A stretch of DNA of 64,000 nt from the human T2T-CHM13v2.0 reference genome, Homo sapiens (GCF_009914755.1 NC_060944.1); one strand, 5' to 3'; counted from the stretch's first letter, positions 24,166-39,293 are shown. The notes: generated by a model not told the origin, from the letters alone. Numbers and translations are program-made.

Positions 24166-27100
24166 GGATTCAGGGGATCATGGCAGACGGAAGGCAGGAC
24201 TAGATTGCAGCTCTGGACAGAGCAGCATGCAGAAGCTTGCATTGCGAATTTTAACTTCAGGTTGACTGCAAGAACAAACCAGCAATCCCAGGAGGACCCA
24301 CAGACCCTCTGAAGGAAGCAGACTTCTCCTGTAGGACCTGAGAGACACCCCAAATACTGTGAGTGCCCCAACAGCAGAAGTGGGAAAGGGACACCTCCTC
24401 TCCTGAACACACACCCCCAGTGGAGAAGCTGAAGGTCTTTTTGCAGGAGAAGTTTCCAATGTTACCTGGATCTGAGTCACGTTAGAGAGGCAAGCAAACT
24501 AGAGAGGTATAGTAAGGAGCAGAAAGGCCCTGGGAGCTCACTGGGTCCCCAAGCAGCATATTCCTGCCTGGCACCACAGGGATCCATTGGGAGGGTGGCC
24601 AGAGGAGCAGGGGGTAAAACTCCACAAGGAGAAGGAATTTTCTAGCCGAACTTTGTAACAATTTGAATGGTGTGAGAAGCCTCCTGGCTAGAACTCAGGG
24701 GAGGGCAAGATCGGGCATGCAGACTTCACAGGCCAGGGAAGAACTAAAGCCCTTTTCTCTAGCAGATGGGAGGCAGATAGCCTCAGGAAAGTTTTCAAGC
24801 CTATCTTGCCCTCTGCCTGGAAACAGACTTGGGGCTGTTGGGCAGTGCACAGTGGGAGTCAGATCAGCCCTTCAGTTTGTATGGGAGCTAGGTAAGGCTT
24901 GTGACTTCGGGCTTTCCCCCACTTCCCTGCCAACCTGCAAGACTTGACAGAGGCAGCCATAATCCTCCTAGGTACACAACTCCAGTGACCTGGGAATCTC
25001 ACCCGAATTCCCAACAGCAGCTGCAGCAAGACTTGCCTAAGGAGAATCTGAGCTCAGACATCCCTAGCCCTGCCCCTGCCTGATGGTCCTTCCCTATCCA
25101 CCCTGGTAGTGGAAGACAAAGGGCATATAATCTTGGGAGTTCTAGGGCCTCACACACCACCAGTCCCTCTTCACCCTACTACAGCTGATGCTTTCTGGAA
25201 AGCACCACCTCCTGACAGGAGGCCAACCAGAACAAAAATAGAGCATTAAACCACCAAAGCTAAGGACCCTCACAGAGTCCATTGCACCCTCCACCACCTC
25301 CACCAGAACAGGCACTGGTATCCTCGGCTGAGAGACTCATAGACAGTTCATATCACAGGACTCTGTGCAGACAAGCCCCTGTACTAGCCCGGAGCTGGGT
25401 AGACTCTCTGGGTGGCCAGACCCAGAAGATAGATAACAATCACTGCAGTTCAGCTCACAGGAAGCCACATCCATAGGAAAAGGGGGAGAGTACTATATCA
25501 AGGGAACAACTGTGGGACAAAAGAATCTGAACAACAGCCTTTAGCCCTAGACCTTCCCTCTGACAGAGCCTACCCAAATGAGAAGGAACCAGAAAACCAA
25601 CCCGGGTAATATGACAAAACAAGGCTCTTGAACACCACCAAAAAAATCACACTAGTTCACCAGCAATGGATCCAAACCAGGAAGAAATCCCTGATTTACC
25701 CGAAACAGATTTCAGGAGGTTAGTTATTAAGCTAATCAGGGAGGCACCAGAGAAAGGTGAAGCCCAATGCAAGGAAAAAAAAAAAGAAAGAAAAAGAAAA
25801 GAAACAAGAAGTGAAAGGAGAAATACTCATGGAAATAGATAGCTTAAAAAAAAGACAATCAAAAATTAAGGAAACATTGGACACACTTTTAGAAATGGTC
25901 TGGAAAGCCTCAGGGATAGAATTGAATAAGTAGAAGAAAGAAATTCAGAACTCGAACACAAGATCTTCAAATTAACCCAATCCAACAAAGACAATGAAAA
26001 AAGAATAAGAATATATGAGCAAAGCCTCCAAGAAGTCTGGGATTATGTTAAACAACCAAACCTAAGAAAAATCGGTGTACCAGAGGAAGAAGAGAATTCT
26101 AAAAGTCTGGAAAACATATTTGGGGGAATAATCAAGGAAAACTTCCCTGGCCTTGCAAGAGACCTAGACATCCAAATACAAGAAGCAGAAAAAACACCTG
26201 GGAAATTCATCACAAAAAGATTATTGCCTAGGCACATTGTCATCAAGTTATCCAAAGTTAAGATGGAGGAAAGAATCTTAAGAGCTGTGAGACAGAAGCA
26301 CCAGGTAACCTATAAAGGGAAACCTATCAGATTCACAGCAGATTTCTCAGCAGAAACCCTACAAGCTAGAAGGGATTGGGGACCTCTCTTCAGCCTCCTC
26401 AAACAAAAGAATTATCAGCCAAGAAGTTTGTATCCAGCAAAACTAACCATCATATATGAAGGAAAGACATAGTCACTTTAAGACAAACAAATGCTGACAG
26501 AATTCACCATTACCAAACCACCACTACAAGACCTGCTAAAAGGAGCTCTACATCATGAAACAAATCCTGGAAACACATCAAAACAGAACCTCTTTAAAGC
26601 ATAAATCACATAGGACCTATAAAACAAAAATACAAGTTAAAAAGCAAAATCAAAAAAACAAAAGTACACAGGCAACAAAAAGCATGATGAAAGCAATGGT
26701 AACACACGTTTCAATACTAACAATGAATGTAAATGGCCTAAATGCTCCACTTAAAAGACACAGAACTGCAGAATGGATAATAACTCACCAACCAATTATC
26801 TGCTCCCTCAGGAGACACACTTAACACATAAGGACTCACATAAACTTAAAGTAAAGGGGTGGAAAAAGGCATTTCATGCAAATGCACACCAAAAGCAAGC
26901 AGGAGTAGCTATTCTTATATCAGACAAAACAAACTTTAAAGCAACAATGGTAAAAAGAGGCAAAGAGAGACAGTATATAATGGTAAAAAGCCTTGTACAA
27001 CAGGAAAATACTACAATCTCAAATACATATGCACCTAACACTGGAGCTTCCAAATTTATGAAACAATTAGTAATAGACCTAAGAAATAAGACAGACAGCA

Positions 27101-30100
27101 ACACAATAACAGTGGGGGACTTCAATACTACACTGACAGCAGTAGACAGGACATCAAGACAGAAAGTCAGCAAAGAAACAATGGATTTATACTACATCTA
27201 GGAACAAATGGACTTAACAGCTACATACAGAACATTCCATCCAACAACTGCATTCTGTTCAACAGCATATGGAGATTTCTCCAAGATAGACCATATGATA
27301 GGCCATAAAACAAGCCTCAATAAATTTAAGAAAATTGAAATTATATCAAGCGCTCCTCAGACCACAGTGGAATAAAACTGGAAATCAACTGCAAGAGGAA
27401 CCCTCAAAACCATGCAAATACATGGAAATTAAATAACCTGTTCCTGAATGAGCACTGACCCAAAAAATAAGTCAAGATGGAAATTAAAAAATTCTTCAAA
27501 CTAAATGACAAAAATGACACAACCTATCAAAACCTCTGTGATACAGCAAAAGTGGTGCTAAGAGGAAAGTTTATAGCCCTAAACACCTGCATCAAAAAGT
27601 CTGAAAGAACACAAACAATCTAAGGTAACACCTTAAGGAACTAGAGAAACAAGAATGAAACAAATTTAAACCCAGCAGAATAAAGGAAATTACCAAGATC
27701 AGAGCAGAACTAAATGAAATGGAAACAAACAAAAGGAAATACAAAAGATAAATGAAACAAAAAGCTGGTTCTTTGAAAAGGTAAATAAAATTGATAGACC
27801 GTTAGCAAGATTAACCAAGTACAGAAGAGAGAAAATCCAAATAACCTCACTAAGAAATGAAATAGGAGATATTACAACTGACACCACTGAAATACAAAAG
27901 ATCATTCAAGACCACTATTAACAACTTTGTGTACATAAACTAGAAAACCTACAAGAGATGGATAAATCCCTGGAAAAAATACAACCCTCTTAGCTTAAAT
28001 CAGGAAGAATTAGATACCCTGAACTGACCAATAACAAGCAGCAAGATTGAAATGGTAATTTAAAAATTACCAACACAAAAAAGTCCAGGACCGACTCACA
28101 GCAGAATTCTACCAGACATTCAAAGAAGAATGGGTACAAATCATTCTGACACTACACAAGATAGAGAAAGAAGGAACCCTCCCTAATTCATTTGATGAAA
28201 CCACCATCACCCTAATACCAAAACCAGGAAAAAATATAACCAAAAAAGAAAACTACAGACTGATATCTCTGATGAATATAGATGCTAAAATCCTTAACAA
28301 AATACTAGTTAACTGAATCCAACAACATATCAAAATGATAATCCATCATCATCAAGTGGGTTTCATACCAGAGATGCAGGATGGTTTCACATAAACGACT
28401 CAATAAATGTGATAGACCACATAAACAGAATTAAAAGAAAAAATTACATGATCATCTCAATAGATGCAGAAAAGTCATTCAACAAAATCCAGCCTCCCTT
28501 TATGATTAAACTCTCAGCAAAATCAACATACAAGGGACATACTTCAATATAATAAAAGCCATCTATGGCAAACCCACAGCCAACATAATACTGAGTGGGG
28601 AAAAGTTGAAAGTATTCCCTCTGAGAACTAAAACCAGAGAAGGATACCCACTCTCACCACTCCTCTTCAACATAGTACTGGAGTCTTAGTCAGAGCAATC
28701 AGACAAAAGAAAGAAATAAAGGGCATCCAAATCAGTAAAGAGGAAGTCAAACTGTCACTGTTTGCTGACGATATGATCATTTGTCTTGAAAACCATAAAG
28801 ACTCCTCCAGAAAGCTCCTAGCACTGATAAAAGAATTCAGCAATGTTTCCAGATACAAGATTAATGTACACAAATCAGTAGCTCTTCTATTCACCAACAG
28901 CGACCAAGCAGAGAACTGAATCAAGAACTCAACCCCTTTTACAATAGCTGCAAAAAAAAATAATAAAATACTTAGGAACATACCTAGCAAAGGAGTCAAA
29001 AGACCTCTACAAGGAAAACTACAAAACAATGCTGAAAGAAATCTTAAATGACACAAACGAATGGAAACACATCCCATGCTCATGGATGGTTAGAATCAAT
29101 ATTATGAAAATGCATATTGCCAAAAGCAATCTACAAATTCAACGTAATCCCCATCAGAATACCACCATCACTCTTCACAGAATTAGAAAAAAATAATTCT
29201 AAATTTCATATGGAACCAAAAAGGAGCCTGCACAGTCAAAGCAAGACTAAGTGAAAAGAACAAATCTAGAGGTACCACACTACCTGATTTCAAAACTATG
29301 CTATAAGGCCATAGTCACCAAAACAGCATGGTACTGGTATAAAAATAGGCACATAGACCAATGAAACAGAACAGAGAACCTAGAAATAAACCCAAATACT
29401 TACAGCCAATTGATCTTCAGCAAAGCAAACAAAAACACAAAGTGGGGAAAAGGCACTCTTTTCCACAAGTGGTGCTGGGATAATTGGCTAGCCACATGTA
29501 GGAGAATGAAACTGGATCCACATCTCTCACCTTATACAAAACTCAACTCAAGATGGATTAAAGACTTAAACCTAAGACCTGAAACTATAAAAATTCTGGA
29601 AGACAACATTGGAAAATCCCTTCTAGACACTGGCTTAGGCAAGGATTTCATGACCAAGAACCCAAAAGCAAATGCAATAAAAACAAAGGTAAATAGCTGG
29701 AACCTAATTAAACTAAAGAGCTTTTGCACAGCAAAAGGAACAGTCAGCAGAGTAAACAGACAACCAAGAGAGTGGGAAAAAATCTTCACAATCTATACAT
29801 CTGATAAAGAACTAATATCCAGAAACTGTAACAAACTCAAATAAATCAGTAAGAAAAAAACAAACAATCCCATCAAAAAGTGAGCTAAGGACATGATAGA
29901 AAATCTCAAAAGAAGATATACAAATGGCCAAAAAACATGAAAAAATGCTCAGCATCACTAATGATTGGGAAATGCAAACCCAAAGCACAATTACCCCCTT
30001 ACTCCTGCAAGAATGGCTATAATAAAAACGTCAAAAAACAGTAGATATTGGCGTGGATGCAGTGAACAGAGAACCCTTCTATACTGCTGGTGGGAATGTA

Positions 30101-30702
30101 AACTAGTACAGCCACTATGGAAAACAGTGTGGAGATTCCGTAAAGAACTAAAAGTAGAACTACCATTTGATCCAGCAATCCCACTACTGAGTATCTACCC
30201 AGAGGAAGAGAAGTCATTATTTCAAAAAGATACTTGCACACTCATGTTTATCACAGCACAATTTGCAACTGCAAAATCATGGAACCAACCCAAATACCCA
30301 TTAATCAATCAGTGGATAAAGAAACTGTAGTATATATATAAAATGCAATACTATGCAGCCATAAAAGGGAGTGAATTAACAGCATTTGCAGTGACCTGGA
30401 TGAGATTGGAGACTATTATTCCAAGTGACGTAACTCAGAAATGGAAAACCAAACATTGTATGTTCTCACTGATATGTGGGAGCTAAGGTACGAGTATGCA
30501 GAGACATAAGAAAGATACAATGGACTTTAGGGACTTGGGGGGTAGTGTGGAATGGGGGTGAGGGATGAAAGACTACAAATATGGTGCAGTGTATACTGCT
30601 TGGGTGATAGGTGTACCAAAATCTCACAAATCACCACTAAAAAACTTACTCATGTAACCAAATACGACCTGTACGCCAATAACTTATGGAAAAATTTTTT
30701 TA
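24166..30702 (+). mobile_element. Full-length L1PB-type LINE-1 (5'UTR, ORF1 ~25578-26560, ORF2 ~26690-30400), both ORFs disrupted
   Basis: ORF1 piece MPRHIVIKLSKVKMEERILRAVRQKHQVTYKGKPIR; EN piece with NVNGLNAPLKR and YAPNTGA; RT FADD codons at 28761; L1PB-type 3' end tgtaccaaaatctcacaaatcaccactaaa; 15-bp TSD 24151-24165 / 30703-30717. Confidence 0.93.
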
Positions 30703-30965
30703 AAAGGTGGAGTCTCACTCTGTTGCCCAGGCTGGAGGGCTATGGCACAATCTTGGCTCACTGTAGCCTCCATTTCCTGCATTTAAGTGGTTCTCCTGCC
30801 TCAGCCTCTGAAGTAGCCACCATGCCCAGCTAATTTTTGTATTTTTAGTAGAGACGGGGTTTTGCCATGTTGATCAGGCTGGCCTTGGACTCCTAACCTC
30901 AAGTGAACTGGCTGTATCAGCCTCCCAAAGTGCTGAGATTACAGGCGTGAGCCACCATACCCAGT
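30703..30965 (-). mobile_element. Old AluS (Sz-like) body; its tail lies at 24136-24165 across the L1PB
   Basis: ggagtctcactctgttgcccaggctggag...gttctcctgcctcagcc...ctcaagtga...cctcccaaagtgctgagattacaggcgtgagccacc. Confidence 0.9.
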
Positions 30966-31198
30966 TGATTTTAAAACGTTAAAAACAACCTTACATAACT
31001 AGAGTAAATACCACTTGATCATGGGATACTATTCTTTGTGCATTGTTGGGTTGCATTTGTTAATGTTGTGAGAATTTTTATATCTGTAGACTAACATCTC
31101 TCAAGAACTTAGTGTTTTTTTGTGTTTGTGCTCTCTTTCTAGCTTTGATCTCCAGGTAATACTGGCTTCCTCAAATCCATTGAGAAGTGTGACCGGCC

Positions 31199-31760
31199 TG
31201 AAACAGTTCCTATAAACTTGATAAATTAATGAGGGAAGAAGAGAAGGGAGAAACAAAATATGCCCAGCTTGCAGCCCACTCGGCGTTCATCATGAGGTCA
31301 GCTGCTCTCTGACGCTTCTTCTGAGCTGCATAGTGCCTGTTGTGCTGTAGTCGTGTAGACCCTGTAGTTTCCCTTAACTGCTCTATAGATAGAGTTTCAT
31401 GATGTTCAAGTTACGTTTTCCTTTTGGGAGACTGCTTCAGGTCCTGTATACTGATGCAGCTACTGACTCAGCTGGTCTTAAGGACCCCATGAGGAGCTGA
31501 CTCAAAAGAACAGTTTCTACATCCTGATGATTTCATCCCCCATACCCCATCCAATCAACAACCCTAATTTTCCAACCCCTCACCCTCCACAGTCCTCTTA
31601 AAAACCCCAGCTCAGAACTCCTCAGGGAGATGCATTTGAGGGTCTCCTCCCATCTCCTCACTTGATGCACTATGATCATTAAACTTTCTCTGCAAACCCT
31701 GCTGTCTCAGTGTAATTGGTCTACTGCACAGCAGTATATGAACCTGTTGGTCCTATAACA
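31199..31760 (+). mobile_element. ERV1-class solo LTR (LTR26-like; family uncertain)
   Basis: TG...CA ends; tgaaacagttcctataaac...cctgatgatttcatcccc...ccttaaaaaccccagc...attaaactttctctgcaa...ctataaca. Confidence 0.7.
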
Positions 31761-34700
31761 TGCTTTTTTCTTTTTTGGAAGTGATATATGAAACTGGTGT
31801 TACCTTGACTTTGAATGTTTGGTAAAACCCTCCAGTGAAACGGTCCCTTGTAATTAGCATAACAATGAATAAATGATATGCTGTCTCAAATCTTCAAGTA
31901 GGAGTTATAAGAATATCCTCTAAAAAGAATAGAATCTAGTCCAAATTCTTCAACCTACAGGTAATTGGAAGAACAGTGAACAGCCATTTGGAAGCAGGCT
32001 GCAGTGGAGGTAGTTGACTCACTGCTGCCCCCTCGTTGTAAGTCATCCAAAGGGCCACAAAAGAGGGTCAATTTTGGATAAGTCCAAAGAAAAGCCAATA
32101 AAAAGCTTCAATATAAAGGGCCCAGAAGAGGGTAGCAAAATTTTCAAAGATAATTCTGAAAAAAATTCCAGGTCACTGGTGCTGGCTCTTCAGGCTGGGG
32201 AAGGGAGTATCTGGGCATGCCTGGGAGCCCAGGTGCCTGAGTCCTCAGGAACATGCCTAGGGCTCTGTTCCTGCCTGGATAAAGAGCTTACAGGAATTCT
32301 GGGGATGGGCAGGAGGGCTAATCCAGGATCGTAGGCTGTGCTGCCTGTTGATCCATGGCCCAGTCATTATTATGGATCCATTCCTTGGAGCTGGAAGAGG
32401 CAGTGTCCCTCTGCCTGGGCTTCATAAAGGTACAGGCACAGGAATGCTGGTCCAGAGCCCCGTCTGACCTTAGTCAGAGCTGCTCTTCTTTACCTGTTTT
32501 GTTCAGGACTCCAAATAGTTAACTTGGAAAATCAAAGTTGGACCACTCAGAAAACAAGTTCTTCATCTCTCTAGAATCACCTGTTCCACTCACCCCATGA
32601 GCTGAAAGGAACAAAATTTGTGTCACTCTTTTCTTCTTGGAATTTACCTTTTGGTAGTTAATAAACTTTGTTATATGGTATTCACTATATATTTGTCATA
32701 CTAAGTATCACATACATGTCAAGCCATGATGAACCAAACATTCCCAAGGGCAGCTAGGGGTGGAGCTTGGGACATCTTGTGATTGAATCCTCCTCCATAG
32801 CTTTGAGCTTCCACGTGGGCTTTTTTAAAAGCTGTGGGGGAGTGGAGGTGTTAGGTCTTCCCTTGCTTGCCTGTTGGCTTATCCATCTCTCATTTCCTTC
32901 AAGCACTGACACTGTCCCTTCTTCATCATTTCTTGGCACCTAACAAAGGACCCTTGCATGGAACTTTGGAAGAGCAGAGGATGATAGGTAAAATGGAAAG
33001 AGCTTAAATCTGAGCAGGCACCACTGTTTCCCCTGGGCACAGGCCATCCCCACCTCGCACATACATACTCACCTACGCTTACCCTAAGCCTTTGTCCAAA
33101 TCCCTCTCACAAAGCATCTAGCTTGCCTCTCCTTCCTCTGTCTCAAGTCACCAGGAACTTGAATTCAGGCTTCCTGGGGCAGTAAGAAAACCTTCTCAAT
33201 TTAATATGATCAACAGCTCCCCCATACTCCTGAGCAGCCAGGATGACTCCTTTGCAGAGCCAAAGATCCATTTCCCTAACAAAATGTCCTTCTCATCTTG
33301 GGGAGAATTCTGTTAGGAACAGGGATGGGATCTCCACCTTGAGGTCTGAGGACAGAAATTTGGTTAAGAAGAAATTACATCTTTATTTCCACTAGCCTGT
33401 AACTGAAATTTGGCATCTCCTTCTACCATGAATGGAGGCAACAAGCTAGAGTTTTATTATCAGGACTTATGACTTTATTTCCAGCAGAAATTGAAGATAT
33501 TTTCATCTCATTTCAAACATGTAAATATATCTTCAAATAGCATTTATGTTCCCCACTACTTGGAAATTATAGAAGTTAATCACACTTGCTGCTAGGACCT
33601 GTTAATAGCTAAAACCACATAGACATGACTATACTTACATAGTTTAGTGCTTTTTCTTTAAATCACACGTATTTGATTTTCAGCACTTATCAGCTTTCTT
33701 CTGAGAAAGGTTTCACAGGCTCCAGCAGACTGCCAAAGAGGTCCGTGGCACAAAAAAACCCATATTCCAGACACATCTTGTGACTGACTGCAGTCTATCT
33801 GTAGCACAACCTGTCTCCTCTTTAAGCACCTCACAATTCAGTCAGCTGTCGGTTACCAATTAAATGTATATCAAAGCTTTAGAGTGCAGAACCTATTCAA
33901 GGACTACAGGAACTGGGAGGAGAGTGAGCAGGTGGGTGGGGAGCTACTTGTACCAATACCCTATCCATATTGGTTTCGTCTGGGTTTTCCCATAGGCCAG
34001 AGTGCCCAAACCTGCCCTCACCTGACATGCTGACATGAGGATGGCCTTGTCACATGTACTGCCATCTATGACAGAATTTGGTCTTGGATATTCTGTTCCA
34101 GAACCCAGAGGTGGTGGTAGGCAGAGGAACAAAGTCGACTGAGCCTCTGGGGGAACAAGAGGAAACAAAGGAAATATTTAACAAATTAAGAGACAATCGG
34201 AAGTCAATGAGAGGAGGCAAACTATCAATGGTCAGATGAGCAGGGAGTCCCCAGCATGGGTGAGCCCACCCTCAGTGGGGAAGGGAACTTGCCTGTGGTG
34301 TTAGCTTCTATGATGGAAGTCCATGAAGAAGAAGTTCTACAAATGGGGAAATTGAGACAACACAAGCAAACTAAGAAACTTGGGACACATAGTAGAAATC
34401 TAGACGGTTCTTTTAATGGACAGACTATTCTTTAAAGGAGGTCCTAAAACTGTAGAGATCACAGTCCCCGCTAGGTTCACCACCCCACCTGGCAGGAAAT
34501 GTTGTGAGAAGGGGTTTAAGTGTAAAGTAAACTTGTAACAAGAGTGGCTGGCGCCAGTCTAAGCAAGAGGTACCACAAGGAATTTGTGCACATCCAGGAA
34601 TGTGGAGTTCCACAACTCTCAACTAGCTTGTGGGAAAGCATAGGGCTGCTTTTCTGTTGACTAAAGCTATGAAAGAACTGAAAAGTGTGGCTTGCCAGGA

Positions 34701-35329
34701 AAACACTTGCTGTCCCCAAGGACACTAGCGCTGAGGACATGAGAGGAAGCAACACCCTTGGATCTGCCATCACTTGTCTAAGAATGGCAATCATCCAGTA
34801 ACAGATCAGCCTTGGCTTTCAGGCCAACAAATTTCAGGCACTTGTAATAAGCTGTGCAACCATCGCCACTATTTTCTTACCCAATTCCTTTTCAGCTCCA
34901 GCAGGTCCTGCCAGTCACCTTGTACGACTTACCCCACTGGCTTTTTACATTTCAGAATTAAGAAATATCATACAGCAAACAAAGGGTTGAGTTAAAAAAG
35001 CTTGTTTGCACATTGTTTTAGGAATTCAGAACACATTTCCCATAGAAACAATGCAGACAAGCCACAAAGGCAGATGGTTCCCTTCCTTCTGCCCCCACCC
35101 AAAAGTTTAGCCTGTGATGTTCTGAAAGCACAGTATTATTCCCCATTAAATTGTTCCTGAAATAATGCCTTTTGAGTCATAATTCAGAATGCCTAACTGA
35201 ATTTTATGGTGGCTTTAAATGTGGCCCCAAAGTTCTTTGCACTCTATGTGCTCTCCCCTTGATCCTGGCTCTGATGACTTGACCAAAAGAATAAGGCAGA
35301 AAGGATGCTATGCCAGTTAATTTTGTGAT

Positions 35330-35680
35330 TATAGAATTACTTTGATACCAAAACCAGATAGTACTAAAAAACCCCAAAGACCACTATCCCTAAAAAATAC
35401 GGATGCAATAATCCATACAAAATATTAGTAAATAGAATTCAGCAATACATAACTATATACCATGATCAAGTGAGATTTTTTTTCCCCAGGAGTTCAAGGC
35501 TGCTTTAATATGTAAAAATGAATATAATCCACCATTTTAACGGACTAAATAAAAATCACATGGTCATATCAAGGGGGAAGGGAAGCATTTGACAAAATTC
35601 AACACCCATTATGATGAAACTCTCAGAAAAATAGGAATAGAAGAAAACTCTTCCAACTTGATGAGCATCCACAAAAAGTC
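35330..35680 (+). mobile_element. L1M ORF2 (RT region) fragment
   Basis: tgataccaaaaccagat...ggatgcaataatcc...catgatcaagtgagattt...agcatttgacaaaattcaacaccc. Confidence 0.8.
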
Positions 35681-35919
35681 CAGGCTCCCTCCACGGTCTT
35701 CCTGGTAACATGGGAGTGGGGGACTTTCACAGGCTGGCAGGGATGGAAGTCTTGGCTCCCTACTCAGTCTTCTCTGACGGTGACCCATTCATTGTGGGGG
35801 CTGGACTCCTCATTAGCCTGGTAGTCTAGGCTCCCCATCTGGCCTTGGTGAGTGGAGATGGGGCTGCCGATTTTCTGTGGTGTTTAGATGGAGTAAAGCA
35901 GATGTTGCTAACAGGCTTT

Positions 35920-36535
35920 CTTTTTTAAATTTGTATAAACTTAAGAGATATAAGTATAATTTTGTTACATCAATATATTGTATAGTTGTGAAGTCTGGGC
36001 TTTTAGGGCACCCATCACCCAAATAATGTGTACTCTACCCATTAAGTAATTTTTCATCACCCACCTGTCTCCTATTCCTTACCCTCCTGAGTCTCCAATG
36101 TCCATCATTTCACAATTTGTCCTAGTTTATACACTATTTAGCTCCCACTTATAAATGAAAACGTGGTGTTTGATTTTCTGTTTCTGCGTTATTTCACTTA
36201 AGATAACGGCCTCCAGTTCCATCCATGTTACTTCAAAAGACATGACTTCATTTTTTTTGACTGAGTAGTATTCCATTGTGTATATGTATCACATTGTCTT
36301 TATCCAATCATCTGCTGATGAACACTTAAACTGATTCCATATTACTGTTATTGCGAATAGTGCCGTGATAACATATGAGTGCAGGTATCATTTTTATATA
36401 ATGATTTCTTTTCCTCTGGGTAGATACACAGTAGTGGCGTTGCCACTCCAAAGGGTAATTCTATTTTTAGTTCTTTGCCATATCTCCACGCTGTTCTCCA
36501 AAGAGGTTATACAATTTACATTCTCACTGGCAGTG
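35920..36535 (-). mobile_element. L1MA-type 3' end
   Basis: ccatcacccaaataatgt...tagctcccacttataa...cctccagttccatccatgtt...gagtagtattccattgtgtatat...gggtagataca. Confidence 0.85.
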
Positions 36536-37382
36536 TGCCTGAAGGTTTTATGTCTTGCCAAGTCTTAGTTCTTTGGCCAGAGAGAGCAGGCTTTTGGGGG
36601 GCCTTTCTTGCCTGTGCCTGTTGGTATTTCTGGGTGGCTCACTTCTTTAGCTCTGACTCTGGAATATGAATCAAAAAGAGATTCCTGGGACTTACCGCTA
36701 GGTCATCCGTTGGGTCCTGGGGTCCCTGGCCCATCTGCCTCTTTCTCTTCACCTTTCAGAGGCTTATGTTTGCTTTGCACACAATGTCCCAAATTTTAGT
36801 TACTTTTAGCAGGATAGGGATGGATAGATAGATAGTCCATCTATTCTATCTTCCTGGAAGCAGACACCTGATATTTTTGGATATCTGGATTCTGCCTCTA
36901 CTTTATTATTTGACTGGATGTGGAATTCTAGGCTGTACTTTAGAATTTGAAGGTTTTGCTGCACTAACTTCTTCCCTTCCAGCATTGCCTTCTGATTTTT
37001 TTTTTAATGGGATCTTCTCTCCTTTCTGCTCTCTCTGTGTCACCCTCAACCTTCAGGACGTTTTTTTTTTCTCTCTAGAACCCCAAAATGTCATGAAGGT
37101 GTCCTTGGTATGTATGTTTCTCCTGTCTTTTGGGGGGGTACTCTTACGGCTTCTTTAACTTGGAGACACATGCCTCAGGAGTAGAGAATTGTTCCACTGC
37201 TTATTTGACAGGTTCCTTTCCTTTATGCTTTTCAGCCTTCCTGGAACTCTGAAGAGCCAGTTGCTGCATCTTCTGGAACAGAAGATGCCTCTAGGTTTCT
37301 TTTCTCTATTTTTCTGCTTCTTTTTTGTCTATTTTACTTCCCAAAAGAGTCCTTTAATCTTCTAATATTTCTCTACAATATT

Positions 37383-38017
<635 letters not shown>

Positions 38018-38369
38018 AGCTTTTGGCTATCACATTTTTCATTTCTGGGTCTTCCTTCATCTTATCTGATTTTTTCCGTTTTGCACAGTATCACATGTTT
38101 AAAACGGAATAACTTGCCTTGGGTCATCTTTTTTCCTGTTTGCTACCTTGTTTTCTCTGGGCTCCTTTTAAAAACATTCTCTTTACTATATTGTGTGCCT
38201 CCTCCAGTTTCCTTGTGTTTGTTTGTTTGGGGTTTGTGTGGTTACCTCTTTTTGGTCTACCTTTCGTGTTGAAGGATTTCATCTACCTGGTCATCCTCAG
38301 CCATCTGTTAACAGTGGATGGGGAGGTACAGGGAAGCTGGCTGGAGAGTGAGCTGTGTATCTTGTACCT

Positions 38370-38800
38370 GTGCTTCTAGATTCCATCCTCTTCTGCTCTG
38401 CTCTGCCCTGGAGGCTGATCTGCATGGCAGCATCACCGGAGCTTCTTTGCACTCTGGACTCCAGTGGATTCAGCCAATGAGGGGCACTGGCAGGAGGTCA
38501 GACACAGAGAGGAGAGAATGTCTAAGAAGTCTGTGTCCCGGAACCCTCCCCACTGAGCTGTGATTTGGCAGTGGTTGCATTCTTCTTCTGAAGGTGACAG
38601 TCCCTGTGGTTGTCCCTCTCTGATAGCCTCAGCCTTTCTTGGGTTCTGGGAAATAATCACAGCTCCACTCTGCTGCTCACCCCAGGGGCTTCACGGTCCC
38701 TTGTGGTTTCTCTCACCATACCTTTCCTCTACAAATCACCTCCTCATTAAACTCTTTTCTGCCTGCTTCTGAGTCTGTGATCTGTATTTCTTGCCAAGCC
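38370..38800 (+). mobile_element. LTR33-like ERVL LTR
   Basis: ctgctctgccctggaggctgatctgcatgg...ctctggactccagtggattcagccaatgaggggcactggcaggagg...cctcattaaactct. Confidence 0.6.
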
Positions 38801-38894
38801 CTGATCACACCAGAAACTTCATGTGCTTGCCTGTCAGCTGGTGGACTTCATGGCAACATGGCTGGCCTCTTCGCTGGCACACACCAGAGTATAC

Positions 38895-39293
38895 CTGTGT
38901 TGGTCTGCTGGGGCTGCCAGAGTAAAGTCCCGCAGACTGGGCAGCTTAAACGACAAAAACTTATTTTCTCACAGTTCTGGGAGGTGGAAGTCTGAGATCC
39001 AGATGCCAGCAGGGTGAGTTTCTTCTGAGGCCTCCCTCCTTGGCTCACAGATGACTGCCCTCTCCCTGTGTCTTCATGTGATGGTTCTTCGGTGTACATC
39101 TGGTGTCTCTGTGTCCAAATTTCCTCCTCTCATAAGGACACCAGTCATGTTGGGTTTCAAAACTTTTTCTCATGGCCTTATTTTAACTTAATCACCTCTT
39201 TAAAGGCCCCATCTCTGAATATGCCAATTCTGAGGTACTGGGAGTTAGGATTTCAACACAGGAATTTTAGAAGACACAGCTCAGCCCATAACA
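38895..39293 (-). mobile_element. MLT1 (B/C-like) solo LTR
   Basis: ttattttctcacagttctgggaggtggaagtctgagatc...ttcttctgaggcctc...ataaggacaccagtcat...attctgaggtactgggagttagga...cagcccataaca. Confidence 0.82.
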
